Shown here piece after piece: positions 48,422 to 57,936 of a stretch of 64,000 nucleotides of DNA. The DNA lies in IMG/VR virus record IMGVR_UViG_3300044957_000763, positions 310,001 to 374,000 of that record, one strand, 5' to 3'. Each line of letters starts with the position of its first letter. Position 1 is the stretch's first letter. A model generated the notes under the pieces. It was not told the origin of the DNA, searched no databases, and worked only from the letters and a program-made list of their open reading frames with translations. Made by a program: the position numbers and the translations under genes.

Positions 48422-49156
48422 ATGGACACCATCGGTCACATCCTAACTAACTTCGGACCTGCAATAGTCATCGCCACCACCTACGAAAATGGTGCCACGG
48501 CTGTTGTCATTAAATGCGTAGACGGTTCGCCACTCTGTATCTTGTCGGTCAATCTCGGAGACGTCAAGCTGAAGGATGGCGAGTTCCTCGCCAAGACCTG
48601 GAGCGAGAATGAAGATATTGCAAAATCTGCCTTGGATTCCGGCTTGTTTGAAGACACGGGTCGGCGGATTCCCACCGGATGGGTTGAGGCACAAGTATGG
48701 CGCTTCAAAGTGCCTGTGCCGATGCAGTGCTACGATGCCTGTATCGTGCAGGATGCCTGCAACCCAAGCGGAGTCCTGAACTCATTCATCAACCTGTGGA
48801 AGATGGAGAACTGGGGACCAAGCAACCCGATTGCAGTCATGTATGCCAGCAAGCTGTGCGACATGAGCGGAACCCGTGACGATAAAACGTCGCTGAATCT
48901 CGACTGGAAAGCTCTACTGCCCCTTGCAGAGTCCGTACTGGCAGAGATGAACGGTCTCGACACTTACGATAAGGCGAATCTTGAATCGTTCAAGAGTTGG
49001 TGCGCTACGCTTGCTGCATGGACACGATGCTGCAACTCCCAAGTATCGAACGTAGTCTTCCGACGCGTTGTGGAACTCGCTGACTGGACTGGGAAGGAAA
49101 CCCAACGCGAAGGCTTTGTAAACCGCTATTGCCGAGATATGGCAGTCAGCGGTTAA
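48422..49156 (+). CDS. two-domain hypothetical protein (DUF4313-like N-terminus)
   Basis: LSVNL...K.WSENE...GLFEDTG; motif +37. Confidence 0.7.
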   Translation: MDTIGHILTNFGPAIVIATTYENGATAVVIKCVDGSPLCILSVNLGDVKLKDGEFLAKTWSENEDIAKSALDSGLFEDTGRRIPTGWVEAQVWRFKVPVPMQCYDACIVQDACNPSGVLNSFINLWKMENWGPSNPIAVMYASKLCDMSGTRDDKTSLNLDWKALLPLAESVLAEMNGLDTYDKANLESFKSWCATLAAWTRCCNSQVSNVVFRRVVELADWTGKETQREGFVNRYCRDMAVSG

Positions 49157-49203
49157 ACCGAATACCGGTCCCGGAGCTGTAAGCTCCGGGGCTTTTTTCA
49201 TTC

Positions 49204-49581
49204 ATGAGCGAAGAACTCGATATGATGAAAGCCATGCTTGGTTGTCACTTGCTACGGGCACCAGGTCAAATCTTGTTGCAACGCGGAAGAGAAACCAAAG
49301 AAGGTGGTCACATCACGGTTGTAGGCGCCATTCTGCATACTCCAGAACCGCTATTCAGCCCGCAAGCTGTAGAAATGGGTGCTGTGCATGAGCTGATTAT
49401 TGGCGAAATGTTGATTAGACCGTTAGGAAAGTTCGCAAGTACCAGATACAAAGGGCGCGGTATTGCGGCTTGCCTGACCGGCGATGCTATGTTCCCATAT
49501 GGTCACGAAGTAGTGACACTGGATAACGGATACCCTGACCACATCCGGCCCCGGAACCCGGAACCCACAACTTCAAGTTAA
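49204..49581 (+). CDS. hypothetical protein
   Basis: Motif +38. Confidence 0.7.
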   Translation: MSEELDMMKAMLGCHLLRAPGQILLQRGRETKEGGHITVVGAILHTPEPLFSPQAVEMGAVHELIIGEMLIRPLGKFASTRYKGRGIAACLTGDAMFPYGHEVVTLDNGYPDHIRPRNPEPTTSS

Positions 49582-49583
49582 TA

Positions 49584-49937
49584 ATGGACGTAAAAGACGC
49601 CAACAAAATTATGCTGTCTGCTCGACAAGTCGCCAAAGACGAAATCGAACATCAGTTCCAAACGGCCATTGACGCAATCGAGACTGCGGTTTCAACAGCC
49701 GCTAAAAAAGGTCTCGGCCGCGTCAAAGTGTTTTTCAACACTAATCCCAAGGTAAGAGGTTGCGCCCGACACTGGTTGGGCGAACTTAGTGTCATCAAGT
49801 GGGATGGTGGAGAGCGGACTGAAATCAGTGAACAATGTGTCGAACTTGCCAGGAGAATAAGCACAAAAGGCTTTCAGGCTTCAATTGAGTTCGATGGTAT
49901 TGACATCATCTGGGAGAACGCCGGTCCCGGAACCTAG
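49584..49937 (+). CDS. hypothetical protein
   Basis: Motif +38. Confidence 0.7.
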   Translation: MDVKDANKIMLSARQVAKDEIEHQFQTAIDAIETAVSTAAKKGLGRVKVFFNTNPKVRGCARHWLGELSVIKWDGGERTEISEQCVELARRISTKGFQASIEFDGIDIIWENAGPGT

Positions 49938-49959
49938 GTTCCGGGGTTTCCCAAACATC

Positions 49960-50304
49960 ATGGACGCATTCACCCAAGCATACATCGAAGCACTACTGTG
50001 GTCGTCTTCTGGCGACCATGGGTCACCACTGGGGAAGGAAGCCAACGTCAGCGAAATCAGCCCGGAACTGATGTCTCGGATTGAATCTGATTGCAAGAAC
50101 TTTCAGCTATTCAACTCCGAGCACTTCGATGGAGACTACAAACAAGCTGGCCACGACTTCGCACTCACGAGAAACCGAGTCGGTACCGGCTTCTGGGACG
50201 GAGACTGGCCAGAACCTGCTGCCACGCTACTCACCGATGCGGCACGTGCCGTTGGTGAACTCGAGTTGTACCGTGGCGACGATGGTCTCATCTACGCACT
50301 GTAA
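49960..50304 (+). CDS. conserved phage protein (AGHDF.LTRN..G.GFWD type)
   Basis: Motif +38. Confidence 0.8.
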   Translation: MDAFTQAYIEALLWSSSGDHGSPLGKEANVSEISPELMSRIESDCKNFQLFNSEHFDGDYKQAGHDFALTRNRVGTGFWDGDWPEPAATLLTDAARAVGELELYRGDDGLIYAL

Positions 50305-50347
50305 ACGAACCGGCCCCGGAGTTTGAACTCCGGGGCTTTTTTTATTC

Positions 50348-51040
50348 ATGTTCCACACATTCACTCAAAAACACGACGATGAGCGAGGGTATTCGGGCTG
50401 GGTGCTCGATGCTAAGCCGTATTTCGACCCCATGAATGGGGCAGGTGTGGCACACGATGTGCTCGAAGAGATGCCGCACGGTGGAGAACAGCCACACGAC
50501 GAACTGATTGCACTTGGTGCTGCGATTTTCGGCCGAGCTAGTCTTTCTGGTGCATTCAACAATCGACCCGCTTCCGAGGTGCTTTCATATGAGTTTAGCG
50601 AACTGTTTCGCCATGCTTTCAATGAAGACCACTATTGGCTTAGTCCAGCACCCAAAACATTAAGACTAGACCAGGGTCGCTATGGTGAAGACTACGAACG
50701 AGAAGAGGCTATTATTCAAGCCGTCGGACCACTTGTACTCGAATACATCGACAAGTACGGTGCGGATGAGTTTAGCGACAATGAAGACAATCTCGAAGAG
50801 GCACGGGCGTGGATACCACATGCTCAAAACTGGCTTCGAATCGGCTTCAGACGGGCACGCCGACGCTTTTACCCACACATGGACGGGTGCGATGTTGCGT
50901 TCATGTTTGAGCGCATTGAGCGAGAAGTAGAAGCACTTAAAGGCGTAGAACTTGGCGACCGATTGACCATACAAGTCAAGTACCAACGCAACGACCTTAA
51001 ACTATGGCATACGCCATACTACGAACTGCCTCAGTGGTAA
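50348..51040 (+). CDS. hypothetical protein (AHD.LE)
   Basis: Motif +37. Confidence 0.8.
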   Translation: MFHTFTQKHDDERGYSGWVLDAKPYFDPMNGAGVAHDVLEEMPHGGEQPHDELIALGAAIFGRASLSGAFNNRPASEVLSYEFSELFRHAFNEDHYWLSPAPKTLRLDQGRYGEDYEREEAIIQAVGPLVLEYIDKYGADEFSDNEDNLEEARAWIPHAQNWLRIGFRRARRRFYPHMDGCDVAFMFERIEREVEALKGVELGDRLTIQVKYQRNDLKLWHTPYYELPQW

Positions 51041-51084
51041 AACCACCGGTCCCGGAGCTACGGCTTCGGGACTTTTTTCATTTC

Positions 51085-51366
51085 ATGATACACGGTTTCG
51101 ACTGGACACACACACCGAACAAAGAAGACCTCGAACGCGATGAGCAAGCACCGGAAACGTACAGATACTGGAAGAAGTTCCGGTATATTAGAACCGCAAA
51201 GAGATTCGGTATAATCGTACACACCGAGGTAATCACCGTATACGTTCGCACTGAAAGGATTTTCCATACTTTGCTTCGGTGGTGGAATGGAAGCAGTACG
51301 TCGAGCGCACCCCTGAACCCGGGCTTAACGTGGCACTACGCCCCGGCCCCGGATTCGATTTATTGA
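51085..51366 (+). CDS. hypothetical protein
   Basis: Motif +38. Confidence 0.65.
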   Translation: MIHGFDWTHTPNKEDLERDEQAPETYRYWKKFRYIRTAKRFGIIVHTEVITVYVRTERIFHTLLRWWNGSSTSSAPLNPGLTWHYAPAPDSIY

Positions 51367-51382
51367 TTCAATCTAAAACATC

Positions 51383-51787
51383 ATGGGAAGCATCAAACTT
51401 TCACCAAAACACGGGGTAAACCCAAGCATCGCCACTTGCTTCTGGTGCGGAGAAGCCACTAACTCGCTAGTACTGTTTGGCAGATTACCAAACGACCAAG
51501 AAGCGGGCATGTATTGTGGTGCTCTGGATTACGAACCTTGCGACAAGTGCAAGGAAAACTGGTCTCAGGGTATCTTGCTCATCGAGGCTGGTATGTCTCC
51601 ACAATCGGAGAACCAGCCCGAAATGCAGAAGGGCGTATACCCTACTGGTCGATATCTAGTCTTGAAGCCTGAAGCAGTAAACCGTATCTTTACCCCAGAT
51701 GCAGCGGCCGAAATACTGAAGCATCGAAAATGTTTCATGGACTTCGAGACCTTCGGTCAGTTCGTCCCGGTCCCGGAACCCCGATAG
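51383..51787 (+). CDS. zinc-binding phage protein (SPKHGVNP...CFWCG...CDKC)
   Basis: Motif +39. Confidence 0.8.
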   Translation: MGSIKLSPKHGVNPSIATCFWCGEATNSLVLFGRLPNDQEAGMYCGALDYEPCDKCKENWSQGILLIEAGMSPQSENQPEMQKGVYPTGRYLVLKPEAVNRIFTPDAAAEILKHRKCFMDFETFGQFVPVPEPR

Positions 51788-51805
51788 ACGGGGTTCCTTC
51801 AAATC

Positions 51806-52132
51806 ATGGACAAAGTGCTCTACAACCTGCACAAAGCCCGCCCTGGTGTTGGCGGCTTTTACTGCAATTGCTGCAACCCGGCATTTGGTAACTTTAAGGG
51901 TCCGAACTCTCGTTGCCATCGCCAAGCCGCCAAGCGTGCTTTTCGTCGCTCCGAGAAGCAGAAGAACCACAATGCTGGTGCCATTTATCTACACCAGCGG
52001 TTTATTGAGTCTATCCATGAATACAACAATTGTATGATTGATGTTGGTATGGAGCACAAGTGCCTAGAATACAATGTGCTTTTTGGTGTGATTACTAAGC
52101 CGGTCCCGGAACCCGACTTCATCGCTTTCTAA
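51806..52132 (+). CDS. hypothetical protein (CNCC)
   Basis: Motif +38. Confidence 0.65.
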   Translation: MDKVLYNLHKARPGVGGFYCNCCNPAFGNFKGPNSRCHRQAAKRAFRRSEKQKNHNAGAIYLHQRFIESIHEYNNCMIDVGMEHKCLEYNVLFGVITKPVPEPDFIAF

Positions 52133-52139
52133 ACTTACA

Positions 52140-52469
52140 ATGAACATCACAATGAGTCCAATGAATTTCATCGAATTCGACACGACGCCGGCAAACGAAT
52201 CGTGCGTTAGTGTCAGCAAGACCGAGGAATACATGCCTGCAATGCGGGCTGAAGCCAATCGTATGAAGGAGTTGCTTGAAAAGCGGTTCCCTGATGTGAA
52301 TGGGTACTTCACAATCAAGAGCATTACACACGACTTTGGTTCGTACCTCGAGATGCGCTTCTACTACGAGGACAACGACGCAGGCATTAAGGAGATGCAA
52401 CACGTCGAAGCGAACTACCCTCAAACGTGGTTGGACGCCGAACCCGTTTTGCTGTACGCCACGACTTAA
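52140..52469 (+). CDS. conserved phage protein (HDFGSY.E type)
   Basis: Motif +39. Confidence 0.75.
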   Translation: MNITMSPMNFIEFDTTPANESCVSVSKTEEYMPAMRAEANRMKELLEKRFPDVNGYFTIKSITHDFGSYLEMRFYYEDNDAGIKEMQHVEANYPQTWLDAEPVLLYATT

Positions 52470-52514
52470 AACCCAACCGGCCCCGGAGCTACCGCTCCGG
52501 GGCTTTTTTCATTC

Positions 52515-52835
52515 GTGCTAAAACTTCCAAGCAACATCCCTCTGCTCTATGCCACTAAAAAAGTGGATGCTGACCACAAGACCATCCACGCTCGCCTGTT
52601 TGCTCTCGGTTGTAACGCAACCTGGTTGATTGCGGAGTATGACCCCAAGAAAAAACTGGCTTACGGCTATTGTGACCTATACGGTCAAGGTCGAGAAGGT
52701 GGTGCTGAATGGGGGTACGTCTCCATCGAAGAACTGGAATCGCTCAAGTTCATGGGCATTCCCCGTGTCGAGGTTGACGCGCACTTCACACCCAAGCCGT
52801 TCAAGGATTGCGTGCGACCTGACGGTCGCATCTAA
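52515..52835 (+). CDS. DUF2958-like protein
   Basis: ATWLIAEYD...YG.CDL...EWGYVSIEEL...E.D.HF; GTG at motif +37. Confidence 0.75.
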   Translation: MLKLPSNIPLLYATKKVDADHKTIHARLFALGCNATWLIAEYDPKKKLAYGYCDLYGQGREGGAEWGYVSIEELESLKFMGIPRVEVDAHFTPKPFKDCVRPDGRI

Positions 52836-52881
52836 ACAAACCCCGGTCCCGGAACCAAAGTTTCGGGAACTTTTTTCATTC

Positions 52882-53052
52882 ATGCCGAAAACAAAGAAAC
52901 GCTGGTATATCAAGTTTCCGCTCGATGCTTACGCACTTGGACCCATTGAGGCAGATAGCGAAGCCGATGCGCGGCGCTGGGCACGAGAGTTCTCCGGCGT
53001 CAAGCGATTGCCTGCCGGGTTCGAGTGTTGGGAAACCGGTCCCGGATTTTAA
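52882..53052 (+). CDS. hypothetical protein
   Basis: Motif +38. Confidence 0.65.
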   Translation: MPKTKKRWYIKFPLDAYALGPIEADSEADARRWAREFSGVKRLPAGFECWETGPGF

Positions 53053-53215
53053 TGGCTAATCACAAACGAAAGAAATGCAAGCGGTCGACCCGTACCATTA
53101 CAGGTAACCGGTCTAACATGACGGGCAACAGCGAAAGCAAAGCATACGGTCACCACAAGGCTGGAGTGCGATGCGCTCGAAACGTCCGCAACAGACTCAC
53201 ACAGGAGGAACTATA

Positions 53216-53401
53216 ATGCCAGTTGAAATCGGACTTGCTGATGCTATCGAAGAGGTGCTGCGCACTGGTGCTGCCGACATCTACTACGATTCCTCGTTCG
53301 ATACCACGGAGGACATCGCAGAAGGCGCAACACACTCCAAAGGTGTCCAAAGACACCAGGAAGCACTGCAACGTCTCAAAGAGGCGTATAACAGCCAATA
53401 A
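53216..53401 (+). CDS. hypothetical protein
   Basis: GGAGG SD; TAATG overlap. Confidence 0.65.
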   Translation: MPVEIGLADAIEEVLRTGAADIYYDSSFDTTEDIAEGATHSKGVQRHQEALQRLKEAYNSQ

Positions 53402-53443
53402 GAGCCGGCCCCGGAAATCCGGGGTTGGCCAATCTATTCAACC

Positions 53444-53698
53444 ATGCCGAAACCAAGAAAGCCAATTCGTGTAAGTCACACACCACCACTCCGACCAGGG
53501 TGGTATGCGTATAGCCACTGTGGTGGCGAGTTTGAAGCAGTCAAGCTGGCACAAGCTGACGTAGACGACGCACAAAGCCGCTATAAGTTATCCGTATTGC
53601 TCGACTTACCTTTTGTCGATGTCTGGAGCACGCGAAAGCTGAAGAAGCGCGAGTATGATTGCAACCGGTCCCAGAATCACTCAACTTGTGCGGCATAA
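53444..53698 (+). CDS. hypothetical protein
   Basis: Motif +38. Confidence 0.65.
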   Translation: MPKPRKPIRVSHTPPLRPGWYAYSHCGGEFEAVKLAQADVDDAQSRYKLSVLLDLPFVDVWSTRKLKKREYDCNRSQNHSTCAA

Positions 53699-53704
53699 CC
53701 CATC

Positions 53705-53875
53705 ATGGTAATCAGCTTCAAGTGCCCACATTGCAAGGAACAAGTGCCACGTGACATCAAGCAAAGAACGCGTGGAACGCGATATGCCATTCTGTTTGAC
53801 TGCCCTCGATGCCGGAGAACAATTCACATCGAGGGAATCGCCCAACAATCGCCGCCTAAGGTTGTAAAACTGTAG
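53705..53875 (+). CDS. 56-aa zinc-ribbon protein
   Basis: Manual ORF with CPHC...CPRC; variant motif CGGTCCCAGA 39 nt upstream. Confidence 0.65.
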   Translation: MVISFKCPHCKEQVPRDIKQRTRGTRYAILFDCPRCRRTIHIEGIAQQSPPKVVKL

Positions 53876-53914
53876 GCGGCCCCGGAAAACAAAAACCCAG
53901 AAAACAAAAACATC

Positions 53915-54265
53915 ATGCGAAAAGCATTAACGCTCATCGAGCTACTTATCGCCACATTCATCGCCGCTATCTTGATTACGGTGATACTTGCCGGAATTCG
54001 TGGTTGCACCACCCAAGGTGTCGCTGCAGAAGACTCTATGCGGGAGTATGTAAGCAGGCTGTATCCTGGCCGCGAGGTCATTGGTGTTGCTTGCACCAAC
54101 ATGGACACTGACGGCGACGGTTACATCAGTTGCACCGCAACCATCGACATCGACAACGGACCGAATGTCGTGGAAAGACAAATCAATGCCCAGTGTGCAA
54201 CAGGACTCTTGTCCTTCAACAGTGGTTGTAAGGCTGCGATTCCTCAAGCATATCCACAACAGTAA
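53915..54265 (+). CDS. prepilin-type N-terminal cleavage/methylation domain protein
   Basis: MRKA|LTLIELLIA (E+5), hydrophobic helix, Cys residues, DTDGDG; motif +38. Confidence 0.7.
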   Translation: MRKALTLIELLIATFIAAILITVILAGIRGCTTQGVAAEDSMREYVSRLYPGREVIGVACTNMDTDGDGYISCTATIDIDNGPNVVERQINAQCATGLLSFNSGCKAAIPQAYPQQ

Positions 54266-54308
54266 CCTACCGGCCCCGGAGTTCCGTGCTCCGGGGCTTT
54301 TCTCATTC

Positions 54309-54503
54309 ATGCCAAGTTGCGAACGCTGCCAAAAGCCAACAAACGTCACAATTATGTCCATGTTCAATACCCAAACCATTTGCATGGACTGCAAGGACTC
54401 GGAGAAGAAACATCCGAAGTACAAAGAGGCACAGCAAGCCGAACTTGAAGCCGTAAAAGCCAATAACTACAACTTCCAAGGAATCGGATTTCCGGGCAAC
54501 TGA
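54309..54503 (+). CDS. small zinc-finger phage protein (C.RC...MSMFNT..IC..C)
   Basis: Motif +38. Confidence 0.75.
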   Translation: MPSCERCQKPTNVTIMSMFNTQTICMDCKDSEKKHPKYKEAQQAELEAVKANNYNFQGIGFPGN

Positions 54504-54544
54504 ACCCGGCCCCGGAAGCCCAAATCAGGGCAACATTACACATC

Positions 54545-54697
54545 ATGAGCAAGAAGCAAAAAGCACAAAAGCCCGCCTACACCCCGGTGCCCTTCACACG
54601 GGCACACTCCAAGCCACATCGACTTGAGGAGAACAGTCGTGCCCGACGAAAGCGCGAAGAACGCGATGCCAAGAACGGCAACTGGAGACAGGATTGA
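54545..54697 (+). CDS. 50-aa basic peptide
   Basis: Manual ORF at motif +38; TTGA overlap with next gene. Confidence 0.6.
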   Translation: MSKKQKAQKPAYTPVPFTRAHSKPHRLEENSRARRKREERDAKNGNWRQD

Positions 54698-55065
54698 TAA
54701 CTGAGTTCAAAGGTGAAAGGGGACAATTCTCAGTATGCCATGATGGTGAAACGCGGAGTCTTCAGGCTATCGTGTATGCATTGGAACCACCGGATGAGTT
54801 CGGAGTCAAACACAAGGAACCAATTGACTGGCGATTAAGTGAGAAAAATCATTCACCGACCGGCCTTGAATGGGGATATGGTGGCTCCGGACCAAGCCAA
54901 CTTGCATGGTGTCTGCTTCGTGAATGTGGACTGACAAAACCCCAGACAGAAGCACTCTATATGCGATTCAAAGCAGATGTAATAGCTAACCTGCCGCGAG
55001 AAGGCTTTACCCTGACAAAGAAACAAGTGATGGACTGGGTCAAGAAAAGCGGCCCCGGAAAGTAA
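54694..55065 (+). CDS. DUF6166-like protein
   Basis: HSPTGLEWGYGGSGPSQLA. Confidence 0.75.
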   Translation: MITEFKGERGQFSVCHDGETRSLQAIVYALEPPDEFGVKHKEPIDWRLSEKNHSPTGLEWGYGGSGPSQLAWCLLRECGLTKPQTEALYMRFKADVIANLPREGFTLTKKQVMDWVKKSGPGK

Positions 55066-55086
55066 ACCGTGGCATACTCATCAAGC

Positions 55087-55362
55087 ATGCCACGATACAC
55101 ACTCGACACACCAAGTCAGCACTTGCTGAACCAGAAGGATAAGGACATCACCTACTACGGTATCCTGCTGGACGGCAGGGTGCAGATTACTGGTGCCCTG
55201 TTTAATAGCAAGGCACAAGTTGTCAAGGCTATCAAAAAGCTCAACAATGCCATCGAGCAAGGCTTGCCCAAGGTAGAGGTCGAAATTCATCGCGGAATGT
55301 ACTTGTGGGACTTGCAAGAGCACAATCAAGGCATACCCGTAAAAGGTGTGGAAGTGTCCTGA
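55087..55362 (+). CDS. hypothetical protein
   Basis: Motif +37. Confidence 0.65.
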   Translation: MPRYTLDTPSQHLLNQKDKDITYYGILLDGRVQITGALFNSKAQVVKAIKKLNNAIEQGLPKVEVEIHRGMYLWDLQEHNQGIPVKGVEVS

Positions 55363-55430
55363 CTGTGGACACTCTGTCACCAAATGAAACAATCGGTCCC
55401 GGAGCTTAGGCTCCGGGACTTTTTTGCTTT

Positions 55431-55730
55431 ATGAGAAACATCCTCACGAGAAAAGTCTTGTTTCCAGTATGGTTGCTGTGCTTACTGGTCATGGCTGATA
55501 CAGCATGGACTATTTGGGTTGTCCATCGCGAACTAGCTATCGAAGCCAATCCACTGATGGCACACCTGGTCAATTACAATGTGCCAGCTTTTGTTGCCAT
55601 CAAAACTAGTGTTGTGCTTGCGTTTGCCGTAATGCTCGAACTCATACCCGACCAACGACGCAAGAACAGATTCGCACATACAGCATTTGGATTGTTTGTT
55701 GTGCTATACTGTATCTGGAGTATTTGTTAA
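55431..55730 (+). CDS. DUF5658-like membrane protein
   Basis: D...T......EANPLM......F...K; motif +37. Confidence 0.7.
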   Translation: MRNILTRKVLFPVWLLCLLVMADTAWTIWVVHRELAIEANPLMAHLVNYNVPAFVAIKTSVVLAFAVMLELIPDQRRKNRFAHTAFGLFVVLYCIWSIC

Positions 55731-55774
55731 AAATTCGGCCCCGGAATCCCAAAACAACACAAACCCAAAAGAGT

Positions 55775-55984
55775 ATGAAGAAAATTCAACGCATCGCCAC
55801 TACCCTTGGTATTCCGGCGAATGAAATCACCAAAGCCGAGCGTAAAGCTATTCAAAAAGCCAACTCGGCCACTGAAGTTTGTCGAATACTTGGGGTCGAA
55901 GTCGCCGGTAATGTACAATATGTGCAAGCCGCTATGAAGCGACCGAAGAAAAAGAAAACGCAGGTGTATGCGTATGCCGCGTAA
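55775..55984 (+). CDS. small basic protein
   Basis: Motif +39. Confidence 0.65.
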   Translation: MKKIQRIATTLGIPANEITKAERKAIQKANSATEVCRILGVEVAGNVQYVQAAMKRPKKKKTQVYAYAA

Positions 55985-56170
55985 AGGAGGACACAAATGA
56001 CACTACAAAGCTCAGGATGTATGTTCATTCTTGGAATGATATTCTGTGGAATTTTCTGGGGTGGACAAGGCGTGTTTTGGTGGGTGATTGCAAGCATCAT
56101 CATAACCATTTTGGAATCCGATAAAATCTAAGCGACCCCGGAACCACCAAGACCACTGAATCAACAAATC

Positions 56171-56545
56171 ATGTGGAAAACACAGCAACAAGCCGACACC
56201 TTCAACCGATGCCTTGATGGCGCAAAGCAGACAGGATTCAACGGTTGTATCACTTATGCCAACAAAGCAGACGCTGACAAGGCTTGCGCCACGCTCGTGC
56301 CGACGATTGATGAGGCGTATGAACTAACAGCCCATCAGGGCAAAGTCTATGCCGAAGTCAACCAAGAGTACATGAGCGAACCACGTTTGCGAGTTACAGG
56401 GTTTCTCGAAGCTATCATCGACACCAACCCGGTGAGTGCCGAGTTTGAAGCCGAGGGCGAGGATGGTGAGCAGTATCAGATACACTTTGAGTCTGGCAAA
56501 TGGGTGCTACTTCAACGCCCTTACAACTTCACAGAGGTAGCCTAA
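56171..56545 (+). CDS. hypothetical protein
   Basis: Variant motif +38. Confidence 0.75.
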   Translation: MWKTQQQADTFNRCLDGAKQTGFNGCITYANKADADKACATLVPTIDEAYELTAHQGKVYAEVNQEYMSEPRLRVTGFLEAIIDTNPVSAEFEAEGEDGEQYQIHFESGKWVLLQRPYNFTEVA

Positions 56546-56586
56546 GATGCGGTCCCGGAACTTCGGTTCCGGGACTTTTTTTATTC

Positions 56587-56751
56587 ATGCCAACAGCAAA
56601 AACACTCAGGGAACTTGGCGAAATCATCACCAAAAACTTTTCGCAGGAAAGCATTCGCGAAGGGTACCAAATCGACCCCGCCGACTTGGAAGAAGTTGGT
56701 CGCCAAGCATTACTCTTTGGCGACATTCAACAAGACGGGACACTCAATTAG
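56587..56751 (+). CDS. hypothetical protein
   Basis: Motif +37. Confidence 0.65.
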   Translation: MPTAKTLRELGEIITKNFSQESIREGYQIDPADLEEVGRQALLFGDIQQDGTLN

Positions 56752-56794
56752 GCGGTCCCGGAACCCGGACTAATTCGGACTCCCAACAAGCATC

Positions 56795-57175
56795 ATGAAG
56801 ACATGGCTAAGTGACGAGGACGCCAAGGCAATCTGCCGACATCGTGCGAAGTCAAACGATTACATTCGACGTCAATTGTCCTCGGGCACCCAAGTACCAC
56901 GAGCAACTTGGATGCAATGGGCACACGAATACGATGCCGTCCGTACAATCCTTCAGACACTTGCTAGAGTCTGTGACGGCGCAAAGTCGCACGATGGATG
57001 CGGGTTTAACAAACACGATTCAAGGAAAGGGAAGCAACTTGCTTATCAATCCGAACTTACGAACGAGGAATTTTGGATTGGAGTCAGAATCGTCCGCAAG
57101 TATCACCAACAAATAAACCCGGCACTAATGGCGTGGATACCCCGGTCCCGGAAGTCCAATAGTCCGGGTTCCTAA
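56795..57175 (+). CDS. hypothetical protein (CDGA...DG.GFNK.D...KYH.Q type)
   Basis: Motif +42. Confidence 0.75.
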   Translation: MKTWLSDEDAKAICRHRAKSNDYIRRQLSSGTQVPRATWMQWAHEYDAVRTILQTLARVCDGAKSHDGCGFNKHDSRKGKQLAYQSELTNEEFWIGVRIVRKYHQQINPALMAWIPRSRKSNSPGS

Positions 57176-57180
57176 CTCAC

Positions 57181-57498
57181 ATGAGTGAAACAGAAAACTC
57201 AGCCGACCGCTTCATCAAGTGGTTGGACTCAATCGCCAATTCAACGCTCGGCAAAATCGGGGTGTCAAAAGGATTCCATATCTGGCACTCAGGTGGTGGT
57301 TGCCATCACTTCCGAAAGGACGCCGAGAACGGGTGCTACGTTCTTGTGTGCCACGAGGGGGAGATTCCTGAAACCGACCCAGGTATTTGGATGGTGGGAA
57401 CCTACGACGCCGAAGGCGAGGAAATCCACGTTCTTGACCTCGAATACACGCTTGAGGAAGCGTTGGACTCGGCAAGCAAGTTGCTTGCCGAAGTCTGA
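57181..57498 (+). CDS. hypothetical protein (HSGGGC)
   Basis: Motif +38. Confidence 0.75.
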   Translation: MSETENSADRFIKWLDSIANSTLGKIGVSKGFHIWHSGGGCHHFRKDAENGCYVLVCHEGEIPETDPGIWMVGTYDAEGEEIHVLDLEYTLEEALDSASKLLAEV

Positions 57499-57560
57499 AA
57501 ACCACCGGTCCCGGAACCCCGAAAAGCGGGGTTCCCTAGCAATGTCCTAAGGAAAGGAAA

Positions 57561-57869
57561 ATGAGTCGACACACAACCAACACCAGCAAGTTCGAAATCG
57601 TACTCGGAGTAGACCGACCGCTCAATCATGTGTTCGCGTCGGTTTTCGACCGAAAAGGCGAAGATGCCAAGGGTTTTGACCCGTTCTCGTGGTTCGCTCC
57701 GACTTCCGCCGGCGTCGAAGATGCTATCAAGGCGGTTGAAGGATTTACCAAGTCAAAGTTGCCCGAAAGCATCAGGGAGGCACTGCTGGCTGACCTGATG
57801 GCTATGCAGGAAGGTCAAAGCATCAACTATTCCAAGACCCACGGTGCTGCCCTGTTCGGGTTCGCATAA
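57561..57869 (+). CDS. hypothetical protein (G.DRPL..F type)
   Basis: AGGAAAGG SD. Confidence 0.75.
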   Translation: MSRHTTNTSKFEIVLGVDRPLNHVFASVFDRKGEDAKGFDPFSWFAPTSAGVEDAIKAVEGFTKSKLPESIREALLADLMAMQEGQSINYSKTHGAALFGFA

Positions 57870-57936
57870 CCCTCCGGTCCCGGAACCCCGATAACGGGGT
57901 TCCTCTACTTCATCACCACGAAAGGTGAAACGAATC

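Noticed and set aside
19143-56585. ECF sigma promoter (GGAAC -35)
   Set aside because: GGAAC begins only ~30 nt before the ATG, is often GGAGC/GGAAA/GGAAT, and no conserved ECF -10 follows
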